Positions 14,686 through 26,814 of a stretch of 64,000 bases of DNA are shown one piece after another (positions within the stretch are counted from its first letter, which is position 1; every line of letters begins with the position of its first letter). The notes beneath the pieces were generated by a model. That model was not told the origin of the DNA and ran no database searches. It saw only the letters and a program-made list of their open reading frames with translations. The translations under genes were made by a program, and so were the position numbers. Origin of the DNA: Mobula hypostoma (taxonomy: Eukaryota); NCBI RefSeq assembly GCF_963921235.1, contig NC_086108.1, forward strand, positions 868,001 to 932,000, read 5' to 3'.

Positions 14686-15030
14686 TTCAGATGCGGGAAT
14701 CTGGAGCAACACACAATGTGTTGGAGGAACGCAGCAGGTCGAGCATAATCGGGAGGAAAGGAATTATTTTCTTTCTTGGTTTTGTGGCTGGCTGGAAAAG
14801 AAAAATTTCAGTTCTATACGTTGATAATAAATGAATCGCTGAACCTTTTTGAATTTTTGTTTTTTTTTGGTCGGGACCCCTGCCTTCAAGACTATAAGAA
14901 TGGAAAACATCGTCTCGGCCCGAAACGTCAACCGTTTGCTCTTTTCCATATATGCTGCTTGACCTGGTGAGTTCCTCCACCATTTTATGTTTGTTGATTG
15001 GATTTCCAACATCTGCAAATTTTCTCGTTT
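14686..15030. mobile_element. Penelope terminal-repeat-derived fold-back element (inverted arms) upstream of the promoter
   Basis: The left arm (CAGATGCGGGAATCTGGAGCAACACACAATGTGTTGGAGGAACGCAGCAGG) is the reverse complement of the right arm (GTCTCGGCCCGAAACGTC...CCTGGTGAGTTCCTCCACCATTTTATG...TTTCCAACATCTGCA). Both match the 3' end of the Penelope element at 47729-47859. Confidence 0.75.
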
Positions 15031-15099
15031 TTGTAAAACGTCCTTTATCATTTTGCCCTGGAACTTGTGCTAGCGAGAGAAATGCAAGGGGGAAGATTT

Positions 15100-15232
15100 C
15101 CTCTGTCGGATATGAGCGGGGCAGAAGTGGCTTAACAGGGGGCGGAAATGGTCGGGGGAATATTTTCGGGGCCGCGATCCCAAGGGGGAGACTAAGATGG
15201 CGGAGTGAAGAGCGAGGTGGAATCTGCTGAAG
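15100..15232 (+). promoter_or_regulatory. CLASRP: CpG-rich TATA-less promoter and putative non-coding exon 1 of CLASRP
   Basis: CpG density rises locally over about 15100-15480. There is a GC-box/ETS-like GGGGCGGAAATG (15139-15150), a YY1-type AAGATGGCGG (15194-15203) and a candidate donor AAG|GTAGTT after 15232. This is the main non-TE CpG-rich patch upstream of the first coding exon. Linking it to CLASRP is inference. Confidence 0.65.
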
Positions 15233-15489
15233 GTAGTTGGGACGAGGAGATCGCGGGAGCGGAGCGGGTCAGGGCGAGCGGTGCTGCCCTGAGCTCCCCT
15301 CTGAGCAGTGGGGAATGAAGCTGGTAGCAGTGGGGCGGTGGGAGAAGGGTTCGCGGGGAAGGGAATGGCTCCTGGGCCCTGAAGGGGCGGGTAACGGGGA
15401 ATGCGGTGAATAGAGGGGAAATATTTGGGAATTAGAGTTTACTGGGCCATTGGGGAGTGGGATCGCAGTGATCGAGGTGTTCTCGGAGG

Positions 15490-16125
15490 AATGGGGAGTG
15501 GAAGAGCTGGGGATTGAGGTCAGTGGGTAATGAATGAGGTCAGTCTGTTGGGGTAATCAGGGAACTGGACATGGAGGCAGGATTACTTGGCTATTAGGCA
15601 GAGTTGGTGTCACGGTGAATGAGGTGATTAGAAACGGTGGGGTTACTGGAGGAGGGTGTCATGGGGGACTGGAGGAGTAAGAGATTGAAGTCTCTGGGTA
15701 ATGAATGGGGTCAGTCCTTGGTGGGATGATCGGAACTGAGCAATTGAGCCGGTGTCATTGGGCAGACTGGGGTCACGGTGAATGAGGTGATTAGAAACGG
15801 TGGGGTTACTGGAGGAGGGTGTCATGGGGGACTGGAGGAGTAAGAGATTGAAGTCTCTGGGTAATGAATGGGGTCAGTCCTTGGTGGGATGATCGGAACT
15901 GAGCAATTGAGCCGGTGTCATTGGGCAGACTGGGGTCATGGTGAATGAGGTGATTAGAAACGGTGGGGTTACTGGAGGTCTGAGGAATGGGGGAGTGATT
16001 GAGGATTGAGTTCAATGGGTAATGAATGGGGTCACGGTCGTGGAGTATTCAGAGAACTGGGCAATCGAGTTGGTATCATTGGACAGAACGAGGCCACGGT
16101 GAATGAAATGATTAGAAACGGGAGG
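15490..16125. repeat. 163 bp tandem repeat, about 4 copies (two nearly identical)
   Basis: The anchor GATTAGAAACGG occurs at 15626, 15789, 15952 and 16110 (spacings 163, 163, 158). A degenerate copy lies upstream. Confidence 0.9.
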
Positions 16126-16623
16126 AGAGATGAGAAAATTAGATGGCAAGTATGGACTGGAATATAGAAAGGGGAGGGAACAGACCAAGGCTGGGATACA
16201 GGAAGGTGTGGAAGTCATAAGAGTGGATTGAAGTTGAGTAGCTGAGAAATGAGGATAAGGGCTGGTGAATAGTCTGTGACGAGTGGAGATGGGAAAGAAA
16301 CATAGAAATATATGGATAGTTTCGGGGAGGTGAAGTGGATGACTGGGGAGTTAGGGGCAATAAGTCATGGATGGTGTGGAACAGGGAGGAGAATGGGGTG
16401 GGTTTTGGGACCCAGCAATACTGATGACTTGGAAGTCCAGGACTGTAGACAAAAAGGGAAGATTTATATTCAGTGGCACCTTTCCCCATTTTGGGAAGTC
16501 TCAGCGTTCTTGACACCCACCTAAGTACTTCTGAAGCATAGTCATTTTTAAAGATTATATTACCTCTAAAATTTTGGCCACAGTGATCCGCTGTATTTAT
16601 TTCTGGATCTCAATGCTTAAGAG

Positions 16624-16703
16624 CAGCAGTTCCCAACCTTTTCTATGCCTTGGACCCCTACCATGAGCCAAGGGGTCTGTGGACCCCTGTTTGGGAACCT
16701 CTG
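16624..16703. mobile_element. 80 bp hAT/Charlie-like MITE
   Basis: Imperfect TIRs CAGCAGTTCCCAACC / GTTTGGGAACCTCTG, flanked by 8 bp CTTAAGAG / CTCGAGAG (6 of 8 match, TSD-like). A partial second copy lies at about 34517-34563. Confidence 0.6.
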
Positions 16704-17121
16704 CTCGAGAGAGACACCGTGACACTGGAGATGGGGAAATCACCAGTTAGCTGGGGTTGCTCTCATTGGAATGGAGAAAATAAAAAGTCTGTTGCAAAAG
16801 TCCAAAGTAAATTTACTGTCAAATACATATATGTCGCCATCTACTACCTGGAGATTAATTTTATTGCAGGCATTTACAGAAAAATAAAGAAATTCAATAG
16901 AATTTATGAAAATCTATCCATAAATAAATCTGACAAGCAACCAATGTACAAAATAAGACAAATTGTCCCAATAATAAAATGAGTAATATTGAGAACATGA
17001 GTTGTAGAGTCCATAGATGGTGGAATCATTTCAGAGTTGTGGTGAGTGAAGTTGTCTATACCAGTTCAGGAGCCTGATGGTTGTAGGGTGATAGCTGTTC
17101 CTGAACCTGAGGCTTCTCTAC

Positions 17122-17460
17122 ATGAGTTATAAGGAAAGATTGAATCAGTTAGGACTTTATTATTTGGAGCATAGAAGATTGAGAGGAGATTTGATAGTGG
17201 TATACAAAATTATGGGGGGTATAGATAGTGTAAATGCAAGCAGACTTTTTCCACTGGGGTTTGGCTGGACGGCAACCAGAGGTCATGGGAAAAGGGTGAA
17301 AGGTGAAAAGTTTAAGGGGAACACGAGGGGAAACTTCTTTACTCCGAGGGTGGAGAGAATGTGGGGGGTGTGGAGGGCTGTGGTCCTCGTGCAGGCCGAT
17401 GGGAGTAGCAGTTTAAATGGCTTGGCATGGACTAGATGTGCTGCTTCTGTGCTGTACTTG
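17122..17460 (+). mobile_element. CR1 LINE 3' fragment
   Basis: Translation SYKERLNQLGLYYLEHRRLRGDLIVVYKIM...TRGHG...GNFFT matches the CR1 ORF2 C-terminus. Confidence 0.85.
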
Positions 17461-17544
17461 TCTATAATTCTACCTCTTGCCTGATGTTCATAGTAGAGAG
17501 TATGTCCTGGATGGTAAGCTTTCTGCTTCTGGCATTGAGCACTC

Positions 17545-17770
17545 TGAGTTTGTTTGTTCATTCGTTATGTGCCATATCGTGTGACATGGATGATCATGGT
17601 CTTTCCATGACCATGATTGTTTTTAGCAAGTTTTTCTACTGAAGTGATTTGCCATTGCTGCCTTCTAGGCTGTGTCTTTACAAGACGGATGACCCCAGCC
17701 ATTACCAATACTCTTCAGAGATTGTCTGCCTGGCGTCAGTGGTCGCATAACCAGGACTTGTGATAGGCAG
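17545..17770 (-). mobile_element. SINE fragment with RTE-type tail
   Basis: The reverse strand reads GGCAGCAATGGCAAATCACTTCAGTAGAAAAACTTGCTAAAAACAATCATGGTCATGG...GAACAAAC, resembling RTE/Bov-B-type SINE tails. Recognised from memory only. Confidence 0.45.
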
Positions 17771-18316
17771 CACATTCTGAGCGTTAGTTTATCTAAGGGA
17801 GATGACCCAAATGCTGTTATCCCTTATAGAATCACCAATATAAGATGTGCGTGGATGTGTGTGGAGCTGTGTTTCCACAGGTACACTTCTGTAGCTGGAT
17901 TACTAACCCCATCTGGAATTGATAGTCTCGGACCCCCTTCACTTCCCATCTCCTGATGCACCTCCAGCTTCGTTCTCCCGCAGATGATGATCAGTTCTTT
18001 GGTTTTGTCGATATCGAGTGAGAGGTTCTCCGTGATTCCCTCCTGGGAGAGGTGAATTGTAAGAGAGGCCAGCAGTTATTTCTACATCAAACCAGACAGT
18101 ATTGAGTAGAAAGTGTGACTGCAAGTAAGGGGAATCCAGGAGATGGCTCTGGATCGAATCGATCTGGAAGAATCGGAGCTTGTCCAGTGTCTGAGATTCT
18201 TGCTCCCTGTGTGGGTGTAACAGGGGTCTGTTGGAATGATGAACACTCGTAGTTTAAGCAGGGAAGAAAACTGTAGTTGTAATTGGGGATAGTCAAGTCA
18301 GGGGAATAGACAATTC

Positions 18317-19095
18317 AGAATCAGGTTTAATATCACCAGCATATATTGTGAAATTTGTTAACTTTGCTGCAGCAGTACAATGAAATACATAATTATAGAA
18401 AAAAATCTCAATTACATTAAGTATATATATGTCCGTTAAATAAGTAGTGCAATAAAACAGAAATAAAAAAGTAGTGAGATAGTGTTCATGGATTCAATGT
18501 CCATTTCGAAATTGGATGCCAGAGGGGAAGAAGCTGTTCCTGAATCATTGAGTGTGTGCCTTCAGGCTTCTGTACCTCCTTCCTGAAGGTAACGAAGAGA
18601 AGAGGGCATGTCCTGGGTGGTACGGATCCTTAATGATGGATGCTGCCTTTCTGAGGTACCGCTCCTTGAAGATGTCTTGGATACTATGGAGGCTGGTACA
18701 CGTGATGGACTGACTAATATTATGAGTTTCTGCAACTTACTTCGATCTTGTGCTGCAGAACCCTCCCCAAAAAAACCCTGTCTTGTGATGCAGCCAGTCA
18801 GAATGCTCTCCATGGTACATTTGTAGAAGTTTTTGAGTGTTTTAGTTGACAAACCAAATCTCCTCAAACTCCTGATGAAATATAGCCGGTGTTTTGCCTT
18901 CTTTATAGCTGCATCAATAGGTTAGGTCCTCAGAGATATTGACCACCCAGGAACTTGAAAATGCTCACTCGCTCCACCCCTGATCCCTCTAGGAGGACTG
19001 GTGTCTCATCTTACCCTTTCTGAAGTCTACAGTCAGCTCTTTGGTCTTGCTGATATTGAGTGCAAGGTTGTTGCTACAGCGCCACTCACAAAGGC
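18317..19095 (-). mobile_element. Rex/Babar-like LINE 3' fragment
   Basis: ORFs LALNISKTKELTVDFRK and RRFGLSTKTLKNFYKCTMESILTGCIT match the post-RT (DUF1891-type) region typical of Rex1/Babar LINEs. Confidence 0.8.
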
Positions 19096-19784
19096 ACTGT
19101 TGCCAGCCTGGTGCCCGGATTTGGGACATCTCAGTCGTTGACCTGCAGAGGAATTCAGAGTGGGAGAGGAAAGATCCTGATGTCATGGTCCATTAGAAAA
19201 ACAAGGAAAGACAGAAATTGAGTAGCTCGGGACTGAATTAAAGAATAGAACCAAAAAGTTAATCATCTCTGGATCTGAGTCATGTACAAATTGGCGCTGG
19301 GTTAATAAGATTAGAGAGTTAACCGTGTTGCTCAAAGATTGGTATGGGAGAAGTGTGTTTGAAATAGTGGGACATGGGCACTAGAGGGAGCAGTTTTGAT
19401 GGGGGTGGAATCCACCTTAACCGTGGTTGGACCAGGCGGGTTTAGTTGTGTAACTAGTCTGTGGATGGGGCTGTAAAATAGGTAGTAGGGGTGGACAGCA
19501 GATACAGTCAAAAGAAAAGAGATGATAAAAGTTTTATAACTGCTAGTTCATTACTTCCTCATTTATATACTGAACATCCCCAGTGATGAAGGCAAGCATT
19601 CTATATGCCTTCTTTGCCGCCCTGTCTAGTTATGTTGTCGCTTTTGACAAGCTGTAGACTTGGAGTACAATTTCCCTCTCAGAATCAGGTTTAATATCAG
19701 CAGCATATGTCGTGAAATTTGTTGTTATGCGGCAGTAGTACATTGCAATACGTAATAAAACTAAATTACAGTAAAGTATATGTA

Positions 19785-21046
19785 CAGTTGCAAGAAAAGG
19801 TTGTGAACCCTTTTCTGCATTAATTGCTCATAAAATGTGGTCTGATCTTCATCCAAGTCACAACAATAGATGCACACAATCTGCCTAAACTAATAACACG
19901 CAAACAATTGTACTTTTCATGTCTTCAGTTGAAAACATTGTTACATCATTCACAGTCCAGGCTGGAAAAAGTATGTGAATCCTTGTATTTACTAACTGTT
20001 AGAACCTCCTTTAGCAGCAATAATCTCCCCCAAAAGTTTCCTGTAGCTGTTGATCAGACTTGCATAGTGGCAAGGAGGAATTTTAGACCATTGCTTCATA
20101 TAAAACTGTTTTAGTTCATCAATATTTCTGGGCTATCTTGCATGAACATCCCTCTTCAGGTCACGCCACAGCATCTCAATTGGGTTAAGGTCTGGGCTCT
20201 GACATGGCCATTCCAAAACACAAATTTCCTTTGTTTTAAGCCCTTCTGTTTTTGATTTATTCTTGTGTTCCAGATCATTGTTGTGTTGCATCATCCAACT
20301 TCAGGACTGTGACCACATTCTCTTGTAAAATGTCTTGAAACATATTTGAATTCATTGTTCGCTCAATGATTGCAAGCTGTGCAGGCCCTGAGGCAGCAAA
20401 GCAGCCCCAGATCATGATGCTCCTTCCACCCTGCCTCACAGTTGGGTTGAGGTTTTGGTGTCGGTGTGCATTCTCCATTTTCTGCCAAAAGATTCGACTT
20501 TTGTCTCATCTGTCCACAGAACATTGTCCCAGAAGCATTGTGGAACAACCAGGTGGTCTTTTGCAAACTTGGGATGTGCAGCAATGTTTTATTTTGGAGA
20601 GCAGTGGTTTCCTCCGTGGTGTCCTTCCATGAACATCATTCTTGTTCTGCGTTTTTCTTATAGTGGACACATAAACAGAAACAATAGCATGTTCTGGAGA
20701 TTTCTGCAGGTCTTTTGCTTTTACCCTTGGGTTCTTTTTCACCTCCTCCAGCATTGCACATTGTGCTCTTGTTGTGATCTTTGTAGGATGCCCGCTCCCA
20801 GGGAGAGTAGCAACAGTACTGAATTTCCTCCATTTGTAGACAATTTCTCTCACTGTGGACTGATGTCTTTAAAAATGCTTTTTTAGCCTTTTCCAGCTTC
20901 ATGTATCTCTACAGTTTTCATCTAAGGTCCTCTGAAGGTTGCTTTGACTGACATAGCAATGGTGCACATAAACATATCTTTCTTGAGAACAGCAGGCTCT
21001 GTCAGTAACCTGGCTTTGTCATTTTTTATAGGGCAGTGCACCTCTA
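19785..21046 (-). mobile_element. Tc1 DNA transposon with degenerate transposase, one end missing, nested in a Rex-like LINE tail
   Basis: Terminus TA|CAGTTGCAAGAAAAGGTTGTGAACCC with an inner repeat (GGAAAAAGTATGTGAATCC) near 19964. Minus-strand pieces read GSGHPTKIT...HGRTPRRKPLL, GGRSIMIWGCF and [15 protein letters not shown], broken by frameshifts and stops. Confidence 0.9.
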
Positions 21047-21520
21047 CAAAAAGTAGTGAGGTAGTGTTCGTAGGTTGACTGTCCATTCAGAAATCTGATG
21101 GCAAAGGCGGAGGAGCTGTTTCTAAACCACTGAGGCTTCTGTACCTCCTCCTTGATGTAGCAATGAGAACAAGGCATGACCTGGGTTATAGGGGTCCTTG
21201 GTGATGGACGTGGCCTTTCTGAGGCCACGCTCCTTGATGATATCCTGGTTACTGTAGAGGCTAGTGCCCATGATGAAGATGACTAAGTTTACAACTTTCT
21301 GCGGCTTATTTTGATCCTGTGCAGGAGCACCATACCGAATGGTGATGCAGCCAGTTAGAATGCTCTCCATGGTATACCTGTAGAGATTTGTGAGTCTTTT
21401 AGGTGACATGCCATATCTCCTCAAACTCCTAATGAAATATAGCCACTGTTGTGCATTTTTTTGTAATTGCATCGATATGTCAGGACCAGATTAGATCTTA
21501 AGAGATATTGGCACCCAGCA
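21047..21520 (-). mobile_element. Rex/Babar-like LINE fragment (its 3' tail is at 19681-19784, split off by the Tc1)
   Basis: ORF LYFIRSLRRYGMSPKRLTNLYRYTMESILTGCIT. The tail and body are colinear with the copy at 18317-19095. Confidence 0.8.
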
Positions 21521-21749
21521 GTCAAGAGAAAGAGAGTCACTGAAAGTCTAGAAAAAAATAAGAAATTAACTTCAGGCATCATGTGGAGATTGAGAAGATG
21601 GGTGTTGAATACAGGATTAGGTATGTATTTGATTGCAAACAGTATATGCTAGATGAACCCTTTAGTGCGGATAGAAATTGGTAGGTACAGCATTGTGGGC
21701 ATCACCAAGTTGTGGCTGAAAGAAGATCATATTTGGGAGCATAACATAG

Positions 21750-23260
21750 AACCTGTCCTAATCCACATTTACCAGATCCTTTCTAATACCATTAAAACTA
21801 GCCTTTCTCCAATTTAGAATTTCAACTCAAGGACCAGTCCTATCCTCCATAATTGTCTTGAAAGTAATGGCATTAGGATCAGTAGGTGCAAAGTGTTCCC
21901 CTACACAAACTCCTGGCGCCTGCCTTGTCTCATTCCCTAATGAGAGATTTAGTATCCCACTCTGTCTACTTGGATCTCTACACATTGACAAACTCTATAC
22001 CATCCAGCCCTTTTACAGTGTGGGAGTCCCAGTGGAAAGTTAAGATCACCAACTCTTCTAAATCCAGTGGATTGTTGGATGGTTTATATCTCAGTAATGT
22101 GGTTATCCTTTTCTTGTACCTCAGTTCTACCGTATAGCCTCACTAGACAAGCTCTGCAGTCTGTCCTGATTGAACACTGTTGTGATATTTTCCCTGACTA
22201 GTAATGCCCACCTCTCCTCCTTTAATCCCTCCCACAGTGGACCCCCAGAATATTGAGCTGCCAGTCGTGCCCCTCCTGCAGACAAATCTCAGCAATGGCT
22301 ACGATGTCATCATTCCAGGTGTTGATCCATCCCCTGAGCTCAGCTGCCGTTCCTATCATACTTCTTGCTTTGAAATATATTCAGGTCGGGACACTAGTCG
22401 CACCATTCTCAGCCTTTTAACTCACTGAAGTCTTACCAGCATCTGCCTTCGAAACCACTCCACTAACTGTTCTGGCCCTCTGGTTCCCATCTTCCTGCGA
22501 CTCTAGTTTAATTGCCCCCACCTCCCCCCATGCAGCACGAGCAAACTTTCACACTAGGATATATTAGTCCCTCTCTGGTTCAAGTGCAAACCACCCCTGC
22601 TGTACAGGTCCAGCCTTCCCTGGAAGAGAGCACAATGGTCCAAAAATCTAAATGTCTAGCTCCTGCACCAATTCCTTAGCCACGCGTTAAAACTATGATC
22701 TTCCTAATTCTAGCCTCACTAGCATGTAGCACGGGTAGCAATCCTGAGATCACAACCCTGAAAGTCCTGCCTTTTAACTTGGCATCTAACCACCTGAATT
22801 CACTCTGCAAGACTTCACCAGCCACCCTACCCAAATTGTTGTTAACAACCTGGAGCAGAGCCTCTGGCTGCTCACCCTCGCATTTTACACATGTTACATA
22901 CTTGATCTGAGATGTACCTAACCCTGGCACCCAGGAGGCAACGTACCATCTGGGAATCTTGCTCTCATCCTCAGAACCTCCTGTCTGTTCCCCTAACCAC
23001 TGAATCCCCCATCACTACAGCTCACCTCTTCTCCACCCACCTTCTCTTCTGAGCCACAGGGCCATACTCAGTGCTAGAGATCTGACTGCTATGGCATTCC
23101 TCTGCTTGGTCAAACCCTCCACTGGTATCCAAAGCGAAATACCCGTTATTGAGGGGAATGGCTACAGGGGTAACCTGCACTGGCTGCCTATCGTCTTTTC
23201 CCCTCCTGATGGTCACCTAATTACCTGTGTTCTGTACCTTAGGAATAACTACCTCCTTGT
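21750..23260 (-). mobile_element. CR1 LINE ORF1 (esterase-type) and ORF2-start remnant
   Basis: EGEQPEALLQV...LKGRTFRVVISGLLPV and PVAIPLNNGYFALDT match the CR1 ORF1 pieces at 43571-43810 and 55321-55722. Confidence 0.75.
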
Positions 23261-23589
23261 AACATCCAAGGATACACATTGTATTTAATAGACAGACAGA
23301 TAAGCAGAGGGAGTGGAGTTGCTCTGTTGGTAAAAATGGAATCAAATGCTTTGTGAGAAGCAATATAGGGTCAGAAGATGGAGAATCCTTGTGGGTAGAG
23401 GTAAGAAACTGCAAAGGTAAAAAAAACAACAGTTGTATGCAGTACCATGCAAAAGTTGTAGGCACCCTAGATTTTTTAGGTGGTTTCAGATGGTATGGCT
23501 TCCATGGAGCTGTGATCTCAACGTCATTGAGGCTCTCTGGGATTCCCTGGAGATACAGAAATAAGGAGACAGCCAAAGTCTGAAGAGAG

Positions 23590-24218
23590 CTTTTGGTACA
23601 TTGGCCTTTACTAATCAAAGTATTGAGTATAAGAGCTGGAATGTTATGATGAGGTTGTATAAGGCATTGGTGAGGCCGAATCTGGAGTATTGTGTTCAGT
23701 TTTGGCCACCAAATTACAGGAAGGATATAAATAAGGTTGAAAGAGTGCAGAGAAGGTTTACAAGGATGTTGCCGAGACTTGAGAAACTCAGTTACAGAGA
23801 AAGGTTGAATAGGTTGGGACTTTATTCCCTGGAGTGTAGAAGAATGAGGGGAGATTTGATAGAGGTATATAAGATTATGATGGGTATAGATAGAGTGAAT
23901 GCAAGCAGGCTTTTTCCACTGAGGCAAGGGGAGAAAAAAAACAGAGGACATGGGTTAAGGGTGAGGGGGGAAAAGTTTAAAGGGAACATTGGGGGGGCTT
24001 CTTCACACAGAGAGTGGTGGGAGTATGGAATGAGCTGCCAGACGAGGTGGTAAATGCGGGTTCTTTTTTAACATTTAAGAATAAATTGGACAGATACATG
24101 GATGGGAGGTGTATGGAGGGATGTGTGCAGGTCAGTGGGACTAGGCAGAAAATGGTTCGGCACAGCCAAGAAGGGCCAAAAGGCCTGTTTCTGTGCTGTA
24201 GTTTCTATGGTTTCTATG
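23590..24218 (+). mobile_element. CR1 LINE 3' fragment (relatively young)
   Basis: LYKALVRPNLEYCVQFWPPNYRKDINKVERVQRRFTRMLP, ending in a TTTCTATGGTTTCTATG tail. Confidence 0.9.
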
Positions 24219-24744
24219 ATGCTTGGAATAACCTACCAGCTGATTTTCTTCTAAACCTGAAAGGTAGTGTACCCAAGGGAATTGACGCAGTTTTGGTCAC
24301 ACCAAATATTCATTTGATATAGTTTTTTAGTGTTTACTGCTCTTTATAGTATTTTTTGTGATATTTAGGAACTTTTAGTTTCATTATTTTTGAAAATGGC
24401 TTCATTTCAGAATTTTTTTTTAACATGTGGATACAATAGGGTCTTAAGACCCTCTTAGGTGGGTAAATGGAGCTTAGAAAAATAGAAGGTTATGTGCTAG
24501 GGAAATTCTAGGCAGTCTGTAGAGTAGGTTACATGGTGGGCACAACATTGTGGGCCAAAGGGTCTGTAATATGTTGTAATTTTCTATGTTCTAGGTAGCT
24601 AAGACTTGTGCACTTTTATAGGCTTTCGCATAATAGCCAACAGATTACAACAGGGGATATAAAATGTAAGGAAGGCAATGTTACAGTGGTCATGAGGGAC
24701 TTCACTATGCAGGGACACTGGGAAAATCAGGTTAATACCATAAG

Positions 24745-25910
24745 ATATAGGAGCAGAAGTAGGCCATTTGGCTCATCGAATCTGCTCCACCATTCAGTCA
24801 TGGGCTGATCCAACTCTTCCAGTCATCCCCACTCCCCTGCCTTCTCCCCATACCCTTTGATGCCCCGGCTAATCAAGAACCTATCTATCTCTGCCTTTAA
24901 TACACCCAATGTCTTGGCCTCCACAACAGCTGCTCGTAGCAACAAATTCCACATATTTATTACCCTCTGACAAAAGTAGTTTCTACACAGCTCTGTTCTG
25001 AATGGACGCCCTTCAATGCTGAAGTCGTGCCCTCTTGTCCTAGACTGCCCTGCCATGGGAAATAACTTTGCCATATCTAAGTATAACAAACTGCAAGTGC
25101 AAAAAGAAAGAAATAATGATAATAAATAAGCAATAATTATTGAGATAAAGAGTCCTTGAAATTGAGTACATAAGTTGTGGGAACATTTCAATGATGGGGC
25201 AAGTGAAGTTGAGTGAGGTTATCCCCTTTTGTTCAAGAGCCTGATGGTTGAGGGGTAGTAACTGTCCTGAACCTGTTGGTGTGAGTCCTGAGACTCTTGT
25301 ACTTTTTACCTGCTGACAGCGGTGAGAAGAAAGCATGTCCTGGGTGGTGGGGGTCCCTGATGAAAGATGCAGCTTTTCATGTAGATGTGCTCAATGGTTG
25401 GGGAAGGCTTTATTCATGATGGAGTCCCTTACTTTATACTTTATTGTCGCCAAACGATTGATACTAGAACGTACAATCATCACAGTGATATTTGATTCTG
25501 CGCTTCCCACTCCCTGGATTACAAATATTAAATATTAAAAATAGTAAAAATTAGTAAATATTAAAAATTTAAATTATAGGTCATGAATAGAAAATAGAAA
25601 AATGGAAAGTAAGGTAGTGCAAAAAAACCGAGAGGCAGGTCCGGATGTTTGGAGGGTACGGCCCAGATCTGGAGTAGGCCATAGCCACTAGTTTTTGTAG
25701 GATTTTCCATTCAAGGGCATTTGTGTTTCCATGCCAGGCTGTAATGCAGCCATTCAATATACACCCCATTGCACATCTGTAGAAGTTTGCCAAGGTTTTA
25801 GATGTCATGCTGAATCTTTGCAAACTTCTAAGGAAGTGGAGCTGCTGATGTGCTTTCTTTGTAATTGCACTTGCGTGCTGGGTCCAGGCAGCTCCTTCGA
25901 AATAGTAACA
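24745..25910 (-). mobile_element. CR1 3' fragment adjoining a Rex/Babar-like fragment, with a further LINE tail inserted at about 25430-25675
   Basis: LFPMAGQSRTRGHDFSIEGRPFRTE...NYFCQRV (CR1) and MTSKTLANFYRCAMGCILNGCITAWHG (Rex-like). Confidence 0.7.
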
Positions 25911-26270
25911 AGCCCCTTTCCTCTCAGGACCGGCTGATCTGGCTCATCCTGACTCTGGTGGGTAAGGGTGTGTCCTCTGAATTCCCAGCCTTATGATAGT
26001 ATAAATAATGTACATAGCATGGAAAAAATCACCCAACAATCTCGGCAATATCGCTTGACTAGACTTCTAGTCATCTGTTGTGATGTTAGTGTCAGATTTG
26101 ATTCATAATGATCAAATTGAGTTACGCAGCACAGAATCAGGTCCTTTGGCCCAATGTTAAAGATGCTTTTGTAATGCATGCTGTACCTGACAATGATGCA
26201 GGATTATAATTGCAACCTTCCTTTTCAGGCTTGCAGCCCTTGACTACCTTGCCTCTTGTCCAGGATCAGG

Positions 26271-26369
26271 ATGTGGCACGAAGCGCGAAAACACGAGCGC
26301 AAGCTGCGTGGGATGATGGTTGACTACAAGAAGCGAGCAGAGCGGCGCAGGGAGTACTACGAAAAGATT
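26271..26369 (+). CDS. CLASRP: CLK4-associating serine/arginine-rich protein, first coding exon (MWHEARKHERKLRGMMVDYKKRAERRREYYEKI)
   Basis: ATG at 26271, 99 nt, donor GTGAGC at 26370. The peptide matches the vertebrate CLASRP N-terminus as I recall it. Confidence 0.97.
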
Positions 26370-26503
26370 GTGAGCTTGTTGTAACCTTCACTGTTTCGTG
26401 TGTGTTTTTTGTGGTAGATATGTTAAAATAGAAACTTCTATAGATTAATAATGTTTCAGTGCATGGTTAACTATTGTCTTGTAAATGGTATTTTGGATTA
26501 CAG

Positions 26504-26601
26504 AAGAAAGATCCAGCGCAGTTCCTGCAGGTTCACGGCCGAGCTTGTAAGATCCACCTGGACTCTGCCGTGGCCCTTGCTGCAGAAAGCCCCCTCAACA
26601 T
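26504..26601 (+). CDS. CLASRP: CLASRP coding exon 2 (KKDPAQFLQVHGRACKIHLDSAVALAAESPLN)
   Basis: TACAG acceptor, GTAAGT donor, 98 nt, in frame with the previous exon across a 134 bp intron. Confidence 0.97.
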
Positions 26602-26814
26602 GTAAGTCGGGATAGAAGCTGTTCTTGTGTTTGATGATATGTGCTCTCAAACCTTTGTTCTTGCTGCTTGACAGCAGAGGGGAGAAGAGAGAGTGACTGG
26701 GGTAGTGCAGTTGGAATCACAGACATGGAGATGATTTATGTCCAGTGTGAATTTGATGGACTCCCCTCTCTATTCCCATAGATATTTAATTCCTTCCTTA
26801 AAGAGCGTTAGATA

